A stretch of 64,000 nucleotides of DNA, taken from a bacterium. Its GTDB lineage: Bacteria; Verrucomicrobiota; Kiritimatiellia; RFP12; UBA1067. Position numbers and translations under genes: made by a program. Location: positions 19 through 64,018 of the forward strand of contig JBAXOG010000004.1 in NCBI GenBank assembly GCA_037133395.1, written 5' to 3'. The notes beneath the pieces were generated by a model, which was not told the origin of the DNA, did no database searches, and saw only the letters and a list, made by a program, of their open reading frames with translations. Below, in pieces: positions 57,297-64,000 of the stretch (position 1 is its first letter; the number at the start of each line of letters is the position of its first letter).

Positions 57297-57602
57297 ATGA
57301 GTCGTAAACGGGTTTTAAAAGAATCGAACCCCAGCGTCTTTTTAGGCGGAGGGCGTAAGGCACACACGTTTCGCTTGGATGTGCGTGAAGATGAGTCTGG
57401 TCGGCAGGAGTATTTCAGCAAACGTGTCAGACCTGTGTTTGCCCGGCAGAAGCTTTTTCATTATATCGTAGCGGGGGGTATGAAGCAGTTGCGTCGGACC
57501 TCGGCAGATGAGATCGCTGAATATCGGATGCAGACATTTCTGGCGTGCGCGGTGGTAGGTGTTGCTGCGTGGTTGGCGTTTTATTTTTTACCCTCAATAT
57601 AA
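57297..57602 (+). CDS. Small hypothetical protein with C-terminal TM helix
   Basis: Fills the operon gap; basic N-terminus and one C-terminal hydrophobic segment. Confidence 0.55.
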   Translation: MSRKRVLKESNPSVFLGGGRKAHTFRLDVREDESGRQEYFSKRVRPVFARQKLFHYIVAGGMKQLRRTSADEIAEYRMQTFLACAVVGVAAWLAFYFLPSI

Positions 57603-57611
57603 GGAGAGCGA

Positions 57612-58199
57612 ATGGATAGGATGAAACCATGGATGAGTTGTATGTGCGCAGTCTGCGGACTTGCGCTGTTATCAGGATGCCAATATTTTGATGGTACGCC
57701 GTTTGAACTAAAACCGGATCCGAAGGTGACCAAGCTGGCGATCTCGACGCAGCAGACGAACAATGAGGTTCGTCATTTAGCCGAGCAGATGGCGGAGATC
57801 AATCGCAACCAGATCGAACTCGATATGCGTGTGCAACGTCTTGAAGCAAAATCCTCAGGCGGTTCTTCTACGGAAGAAATTGCCGCGATCAAACGGGACA
57901 TCGCGATGATTCGTGCTGAGCGTGAAACGCTCAAGAAAGAGATTACCGACGACCTTGTTGCGCGCATTGACAAGGTCGTTTCCCGCTCAGGGGCTTCAGC
58001 GCCGTCCAGTAAGCCGTCGCCAACCTCAACGAATTCAGCGCGTACCCGTAGCGGGTATAATCACACGGTTGAAAAGGGACAGACGCTGTCAGAAATCGCA
58101 CGTGGCTATGGCAAGACCTTAGATGTTATCATGAAGGCGAATAACCTGAAAACCAGCAACACGATTCGCCCAGGGCAAGTGCTCTTCATACCCGATTAA
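57612..58199 (+). CDS. LysM-domain lipoprotein with coiled coil
   Basis: Lipobox LLSGC, coiled coil, C-terminal HTVEKGQTLSEIA...ANNL....I.PGQ.L.IP; AAGGAG SD. Confidence 0.85.
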   Translation: MDRMKPWMSCMCAVCGLALLSGCQYFDGTPFELKPDPKVTKLAISTQQTNNEVRHLAEQMAEINRNQIELDMRVQRLEAKSSGGSSTEEIAAIKRDIAMIRAERETLKKEITDDLVARIDKVVSRSGASAPSSKPSPTSTNSARTRSGYNHTVEKGQTLSEIARGYGKTLDVIMKANNLKTSNTIRPGQVLFIPD

Positions 58200-58213
58200 T
58201 CAGAGGAGAGAGA

Positions 58214-59188
58214 ATGAATTTTCCAGAGATACGTTTGCGCCGGCTGCGGAAAACACAGGCGATTCGGCGATTGTTTGATCAGCCTTTCCCTGCTGCTTCC
58301 AAATTTGTTTGGCCTCTGTTTGTTGTCGAAGGAGAAAAACGGCGCGAGGCGATCTCGTCCATGCCCGGACAATATCGGTTGAGCACGGATGAATTGCTTC
58401 AGGCCATTGAGCCGGTTGCCCAGCAGGGTATTGGTGGCGTGTTGCTTTTTGGTCAGACTGAAGGCGTAAAGGACAAGGCTGGCTCTGGCGCGTATGACCC
58501 GAAGGGCGCTGTGCAGTGTGCAATCCCCTTAATTAAACGCGCGTTTCCAGATCTGGTTGTTATGACGGATGTCTGTCTCTGCGCCTATACGGATCATGGA
58601 CATTGCGGTCCGCTCGATCGTCAGGGGCATGTGGATAATGATGCATCGTGTGAGCTGTTGGCGCGTGTGGCGGTGTCGCATGCGGCTGCCGGCGCAGATG
58701 TGGTTGCTCCGAGTGCGATGATGGATGGACAAGTCCTTGCCATCCGCGAAGCGCTTATGGAGAATGATCTCAATGATACGCTCTTGATGGCCTATTCCAC
58801 AAAGTTTGCATCGTCGATGTATGGACCGTTCCGGGAGGCTGAAAATTCTGCGCCGTCCGCCGGAGACCGTAAGGGCTATCAAGCTTCGTATGCAAATCCG
58901 CGTGCCGCGCTTCGCGAATCTGATTTCGATGAGGCCGAAGGTGCGGATATTCTCATGATTAAGCCGACTCTCTTTTATCTGGATCTGCTCGCGCAAATCC
59001 GCGAGCGTACTGATCTGCCCGTGGCCGCCTATAATGTCAGCGGCGAGTATAGCATGATTCATGCAGCCGCAGAACGGGGTTGGGGCGACCTTCGTGCGAT
59101 GGCGCGGGAATCGCTGATGGCGATTGACCGCGCGGGCGCAGATCTCATCCTTTCCTATTGGGCGCCACGTTACGCGGAGCTCGCATGA
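58214..59188 (+). CDS. hemB: Porphobilinogen synthase (ALA dehydratase)
   Basis: [57 protein letters not shown]. Confidence 0.97.
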   Translation: MNFPEIRLRRLRKTQAIRRLFDQPFPAASKFVWPLFVVEGEKRREAISSMPGQYRLSTDELLQAIEPVAQQGIGGVLLFGQTEGVKDKAGSGAYDPKGAVQCAIPLIKRAFPDLVVMTDVCLCAYTDHGHCGPLDRQGHVDNDASCELLARVAVSHAAAGADVVAPSAMMDGQVLAIREALMENDLNDTLLMAYSTKFASSMYGPFREAENSAPSAGDRKGYQASYANPRAALRESDFDEAEGADILMIKPTLFYLDLLAQIRERTDLPVAAYNVSGEYSMIHAAAERGWGDLRAMARESLMAIDRAGADLILSYWAPRYAELA

Positions 59189-60576
59189 AAACGCGGATAA
59201 AGGCTCTGCTTTCTTCTTCGTGCCGCGATGTGCCTGTGCAGGTGGCGGGCTGGGTGCGGACGCGCCGGGATTCAAAGGGCGGTTTCTCCTTTATTGAATT
59301 AAATGATGGATCCTGTTTGGCAAACCTTCAAATTATCGCACCTGCCACACTTGAGCACTACGAGCGGGATATTCTGAATTTGCACCCCGGCTCCTCTCTT
59401 CGCGTGGAGGGTTTGCTGGTGGCGTCAAGTGGCAGCGGTCAGTGCGTTGAAGTGAAGGCGGATAAAATAACCGTATATGGTTTTTCAGATCCGCTCGACT
59501 ATCCGCTCGGAAAGCAAAAAATTAACTTTGAACGGTTGCGTGAACTTCCGCATTTGCGTGCGCGTACCAATACGTTTGGCGCCATCGCTCGTGTGCGTGA
59601 TGTGCTGGCGTATGAGTTGCATCGCTTCTTCCATGAGCGCGGTTTCTTCTATGTGCATACCCCCATCATTACCGCGAATGATTGTGAAGGCGCAGGGGCG
59701 ATGTTCCACGTCACGACGCTCGATCCGCATAAGCTTCCGCGTCATCCGGACGGGAAGGTGGATTACTCCCAGGATTTCTTTGGCGCAAAAACATCGTTGA
59801 CCGTGAGCGGTCAGCTCGAAGGTGAAACGTATGCCTGCGCCATGGGTGACATCTATACCTTTGGTCCCACCTTCCGAGCTGAAAATTCCAATACGCGGAG
59901 ACATCTTTCTGAATTCTGGATGCTGGAACCGGAGATGGCCTTCGCAGACTTGAATGATGATGCTCTGCTGGCGGAAGCCTTTTTGCGTCACGTCTTTAAA
60001 GCGGTTCTTGCGCAATGCGGAGCGGACTTAGCATTTTTTGATCAGCGCGTATTGCCGGGTGTGGTCGCGCGCCTGGAGCGTTTGGTAGACGCACCGTTTG
60101 GACGGGTGACCTATACCGAGGCGATTCGTCTCCTGGAGACCTCCAGCACGATCTTTGAGTTTCCAGTGAAGTGGGGTATGGACTTGCAATCGGAGCATGA
60201 GCGTTTCTTGGCAGAGGAGATTTTTAAGGGCCCTGTTGTCGTGACAGATTATCCAGCGGAAATCAAAGCGTTTTATATGCGTCGTAATATGGATGGCAAG
60301 ACCGTCGCTGCGATGGATGTACTGCTACCGGAGGTCGGGGAAATCATCGGTGGCAGCCAGCGCGAGGAACGGCTGGAGGTGTTGGAAAGCGTGCTGATAA
60401 AGGCTGGACTTGATCCTGCGGAGTATAGTCACTATCTGGACTTGCGCCGCTATGGAAGCGTTCCGCATGCGGGCTTTGGATTGGGCTTTGAACGCCTTGT
60501 CCAGTTTTGTACGGGCATGCACAATATACGGGATGTGATCCCTTATCCGCGCGCGCCAGGTTGCATGAGGGTTTAA
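59185..60576 (+). CDS. asnS: Asparagine--tRNA ligase
   Basis: [72 protein letters not shown] at 59185 overlaps the hemB stop. Confidence 0.96.
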   Translation: MKTRIKALLSSSCRDVPVQVAGWVRTRRDSKGGFSFIELNDGSCLANLQIIAPATLEHYERDILNLHPGSSLRVEGLLVASSGSGQCVEVKADKITVYGFSDPLDYPLGKQKINFERLRELPHLRARTNTFGAIARVRDVLAYELHRFFHERGFFYVHTPIITANDCEGAGAMFHVTTLDPHKLPRHPDGKVDYSQDFFGAKTSLTVSGQLEGETYACAMGDIYTFGPTFRAENSNTRRHLSEFWMLEPEMAFADLNDDALLAEAFLRHVFKAVLAQCGADLAFFDQRVLPGVVARLERLVDAPFGRVTYTEAIRLLETSSTIFEFPVKWGMDLQSEHERFLAEEIFKGPVVVTDYPAEIKAFYMRRNMDGKTVAAMDVLLPEVGEIIGGSQREERLEVLESVLIKAGLDPAEYSHYLDLRRYGSVPHAGFGLGFERLVQFCTGMHNIRDVIPYPRAPGCMRV

Positions 60577-60623
60577 CCAGTGGTCTGTTGGCTCAAACGG
60601 AACTGTCGAGTGGCTCAGGTGCT

Positions 60624-60651
60624 GCAAGTCCCAAGTCCAACGTCGCAAGTC
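60624..60651 (+). repeat. Heptamer tandem repeat in the asnS/RND intergenic region
   Basis: gcaagtc-ccaagtc-caacgtc-gcaagtc. Confidence 0.6.
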
Positions 60652-60677
60652 CGAATTGATACAGGAGGGGGAATTGA

Positions 60678-61742
60678 ATGAAATGGATTAAATGGATTCT
60701 TGAAATTGTAATTGGTGTTGGTTTGCTCGTCTGGTCCGTCAGGCTTGTGTTGACGACAGAGCCAACACGCGCGGGCACAAAAAAACGGGATGGGCAGGTG
60801 GTGAACGTTGTTGTTCAGTCCGTGAAAACGATGAAGATCGAGGACGCGTTAGTCTGCCTTGGGACGGTGGCGGCACGGGAATCCGTTGATATCTCTGCAC
60901 AGGTCACCGAAAAAATTACCGCTATTCATTTTGATCATGGGCAACACGTGAAGAAGGGTGATCTGCTGGTTGAACTTCAGTCCGCGCAGGAGCGGGCCGC
61001 CCTCAGCGTCGCAGAATTGTCCATTGCAGAACATCAACGCGAAGAAAAACGGTTGGCGTGGCTCCTCAAAGAAAACGCAATTCCGCAGAGGGAGTTGGAT
61101 GACCGTCAGACGCGTCTGGCTATTGCTAAGGCGGAAAAGGCAAAGGCAGAGGCAGATTGTGCAGACCGAAAGATTGTTGCTCCCTTTTCAGGCATCGTTG
61201 GTTTGCGCTTGGTCAGCTTAGGCGACTTAGTCTCCCCGGGCACCAAAATCACGACGCTTGAGGATATTGAGCAGGTGTATGTCGATTATCCTGTGCCCGA
61301 AAAATATACGGCAAAACTCAAAGAGGGAATGGCCTTTAAAGCTTCGAATATTGCTTATCCAGACGTTGAATTCCACGGGACGATTCGCATGGTCGATCCG
61401 CAGGTTCAGTCCCAGACGCGTAGCGCGCAGATCCGTGGTGTCATTGACAACAAGGCACAACGTCTGCGTCCCGGCATGTTGATGACGGTGAAGTTGAACA
61501 TGAGTATCGAGGCGTGTCAAAGCGTGCCGGAAGAGGCACTCACGAGCCTGGGTGAGAAGCAGTATGTCTTTGTCTATTCGGCTACGAAAAAAAAGGTCTT
61601 TCGCAAAGAGGTCACCATCGGTCGTCGTGCAGAGGGACGCGTGGAAGTGGTCGCTGGACTGGACGCCCATGCGCTCGTCGTGACGGAAGGTATTGTGAAG
61701 GTATCAGACGGGCAGAAGGTTGTTGCTGAGGAACGGAAATGA
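60678..61742 (+). CDS. RND efflux periplasmic adaptor (MFP)
   Basis: N-terminal TM, lipoyl halves (V.KGDLLV, APFSG.VG...V..GD.V), alpha-hairpin, LRPGM, V.IG.R. Confidence 0.92.
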   Translation: MKWIKWILEIVIGVGLLVWSVRLVLTTEPTRAGTKKRDGQVVNVVVQSVKTMKIEDALVCLGTVAARESVDISAQVTEKITAIHFDHGQHVKKGDLLVELQSAQERAALSVAELSIAEHQREEKRLAWLLKENAIPQRELDDRQTRLAIAKAEKAKAEADCADRKIVAPFSGIVGLRLVSLGDLVSPGTKITTLEDIEQVYVDYPVPEKYTAKLKEGMAFKASNIAYPDVEFHGTIRMVDPQVQSQTRSAQIRGVIDNKAQRLRPGMLMTVKLNMSIEACQSVPEEALTSLGEKQYVFVYSATKKKVFRKEVTIGRRAEGRVEVVAGLDAHALVVTEGIVKVSDGQKVVAEERK

Positions 61743-64000
61743 ACATCTGCAGATTTTCTATTGTTCGCCCAGTTGCCACCATCGTGCTGATCTTAATTTT
61801 GATGGTGTTCGGAGGCATCTCGCTGAAACGCCTGACCGTGCGTGAATATCCGGATATCGAAATACCTGTCGTTTCTGTTTCAACCACCTACCCGGGTGCG
61901 AGTGCTAACGTCATTGAAAGTAAAATCACCCAAATTATCGAAGATACCATCGCGGGGATTGATGGCATTGAAATGATTGAGTCTTCGAGTAGCGACGGTG
62001 AGTCGCGTGTGACAGTAGAATTCGCGATCTCACGGGATATCGATGATGCGGCGAATGATGTGCGTGATCGTGTGTCGCGTGTGATGAGTGTGTTGCCGGT
62101 AGAAGCAGACGCGCCCGTGATTTCCAAAGTAGATGCGGCGACGATGGCCAGCCTAATTATTGGCATCACGAGTACTACGATGAATAGCATGGAGCTCACC
62201 GACTATGCTGATCGCTATTACTCCGACCGCTTTTCGGTGATAGAGGGCGTCGCGAATGTGCGAATTTTTGGTGAGAAGAGACAAGCCATGCGTATCTGGT
62301 TAAAACCCGAAGCCATGGCGGCACGTAATATCACCTTCGAGGATATTGAAGCGGCCTTGCTCGCAGAGAACGTAGAGTCGCCAGCCGGTCGCATCGAATC
62401 GGTGACGCGGGAATTTATCGTGCGTGTGACGCGTCCCTTTTCAACGGCAGATGAATTTAGCCGGCTTGTCATTAAGCGCCGTTCCAATGGGGATTTGATT
62501 CGCATGCAGGACATTGCGGATGTGCGTTTGGAACCTCGACAGGTGCGTTCCTCCTTTTCTTACTTTGGCAAGGATATGGAGGGGGTTGGTGGCAATGGTA
62601 TTGGTTTGGGGCTGTATAAACACTCTAAGGGAAATGCGCTGGTCATTTCCAAGGAATCCACAAAACTGGTGCAAGAGTTGAATAAGATTGCGCCACCCGG
62701 AGTGAGTCTCTTTGTGCGACGTGACGAAGCTTCATTCATCAATGCGTCCATTAAGGAAGTCAAGGGCTCCCTGCTGGTCTCATCAGTCCTTGTCGTCGTG
62801 ATTATCTTCCTCTTTCTGGGTAATCTCCGTGCTGCGTTGATCCCGTCCATTACCGTTCCAATTTCCTTGGTCTGTTCGTTTATGGTGCTCTATGCCTGCG
62901 GTTATAGTCTGAACATTTTGACCTTGCTCGCCTTGGTGCTGGCGATCGGTATTGTGGTGGACGATGCCATTGTCGTTTTGGAGAATGTGCATCGTCGAAT
63001 CAAAGAGGGGGAACCGCCCATGATCGCTGCTGCGCGCGGCTCATCGCAGGTGCTCCTCGCCGTGCTCGCAACAACGGCTGTATTGTTGGCTGTTTTTCTT
63101 CCTATTCTGTTATGGCAAGGCAAGGCTGGTAAAATGTTCACGGAGTTTGCTGTTGCGATGAGCGCAGCCGTCGGTTTCTCCGGCCTCGTGGCTCTCACGC
63201 TGACGCCCTTACTCTGTTCGCGATTACTGAAAGCACATGAGGAGGTCTCTCTGACCAGTAGGTGCGTCGATTGGGTGATGAAGTATCTGGTGTGGGGGTA
63301 TAGCGCGTTTCTCAGAACCATCACGAAAGTCAAAATTTTCACAGTGCTCGTTTTTGCAACGATCTGTGTTTTTGTTGTCTGGGGATGGAGAGTGATCCCG
63401 ACCGAATTTGAACCTGTTGAAGATCGTGGCTTCTTCTATGTCATGATGCAGGCACCGGAGGGGACAGGTTACTACGAGATGAATAAGTTGGTTGATAAAT
63501 TTATTCCAACTTCAATGGCGGCTTTCAACGATAATGAATTGAGATGGGGACTCCTCATTCTGCCCTCGCAACTGGGGAGCGAGGGAGCGGTGAATAATGC
63601 GCGTCTCATCCTAGACTTTACGCCCTGGAGGGAACGTTCACGCAGCAGTATGGAGGTCTTGGATCAAACGCGGCCGCTGCTGGCAAAGCTCCCAGGCGCT
63701 CGCGCCTTGCCCTCTTTACCCTCTGGCATCAGTACGCGCGGCATGCCCGTGCAGTTCGTGATTGGCGGTCCGGATTATAAGGATTTGCTGGTTTGGCGCG
63801 ATAAGTTGATGGAAAAGATTAAAGGGTATCCGGGCTTTTTGGATGTTGATTTCGACTACAAGGAGACCACGCCGCAGTTCCATGTGCAGATCAACAAGGA
63901 TCGTGCGGCTGAGATGGGCGTGTCCACCAAGGCTATCGGCGGCGCATTGGAAACATTGCTGGGTTCCAAGCGCATCACGACCTTTGTAGACCGCGGCCGA
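61739..64000 (+). CDS. RND efflux permease (AcrB/AcrD/AcrF family), 3'-truncated by the window end
   Basis: Manual translation from ATG 61739: MNICRFSIVRPVAT...LTVREYPDIEIPVVSVSTTYPGASA...; LAIGIVVDDAIVVLENV motif near 62940-62990. Confidence 0.93.
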   Translation, partial: MNICRFSIVRPVATIVLILILMVFGGISLKRLTVREYPDIEIPVVSVSTTYPGASANVIESKITQIIEDTIAGIDGIEMIESSSSDGESRVTVEFAISRDIDDAANDVRDRVSRVMSVLPVEADAPVISKVDAATMASLIIGITSTTMNSMELTDYADRYYSDRFSVIEGVANVRIFGEKRQAMRIWLKPEAMAARNITFEDIEAALLAENVESPAGRIESVTREFIVRVTRPFSTADEFSRLVIKRRSNGDLIRMQDIADVRLEPRQVRSSFSYFGKDMEGVGGNGIGLGLYKHSKGNALVISKESTKLVQELNKIAPPGVSLFVRRDEASFINASIKEVKGSLLVSSVLVVVIIFLFLGNLRAALIPSITVPISLVCSFMVLYACGYSLNILTLLALVLAIGIVVDDAIVVLENVHRRIKEGEPPMIAAARGSSQVLLAVLATTAVLLAVFLPILLWQGKAGKMFTEFAVAMSAAVGFSGLVALTLTPLLCSRLLKAHEEVSLTSRCVDWVMKYLVWGYSAFLRTITKVKIFTVLVFATICVFVVWGWRVIPTEFEPVEDRGFFYVMMQAPEGTGYYEMNKLVDKFIPTSMAAFNDNELRWGLLILPSQLGSEGAVNNARLILDFTPWRERSRSSMEVLDQTRPLLAKLPGARALPSLPSGISTRGMPVQFVIGGPDYKDLLVWRDKLMEKIKGYPGFLDVDFDYKETTPQFHVQINKDRAAEMGVSTKAIGGALETLLGSKRITTFVDRGR

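Overview
Gene-dense chromosomal window, GC roughly 50-55% by eye. It most likely comes from a PVC-superphylum bacterium such as Kiritimatiellia/Verrucomicrobiota; this is inferred from gene content and the style of the secreted proteins. Most of it is housekeeping: ahbC/ahbD-like radical SAM genes, selA, metG, tilS, folD, mutS, recA, an FMN-riboswitch-led ribBA-ribH-nusB-ribD-ribE operon, cysS-tmk-holB-ricT-aroQ, hemB, asnS and an RND pump. Three things stand out. (1) A minus-strand cell-surface locus: PglC/PglD/PglE-like (bacillosamine-type) genes surround a DUF2723/TMEM260-like membrane glycosyltransferase and run into two exosortases. The first is intact and fused to an EpsI domain with a Cys-rich insertion; the second has its catalytic Cys replaced by Leu. 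A second DUF2723-TPR gene and two giant secreted proteins (about 3530 aa and 1656 aa) lie nearby. (2) A four-helix-bundle (23S-IVS-protein/Avd-like) gene sits between the mutS stop and the folD start, bracketed by inverted arms built of degenerate heptamers. Similar 7-, 8- and 9-mer tandem tracts recur at other gene junctions, including an inverted pair bracketing ribH-nusB-ribD. (3) GTAG-type REP-like palindromes, one set inside the metG reading frame. No rRNA, tRNA, CRISPR array or transposase was found.
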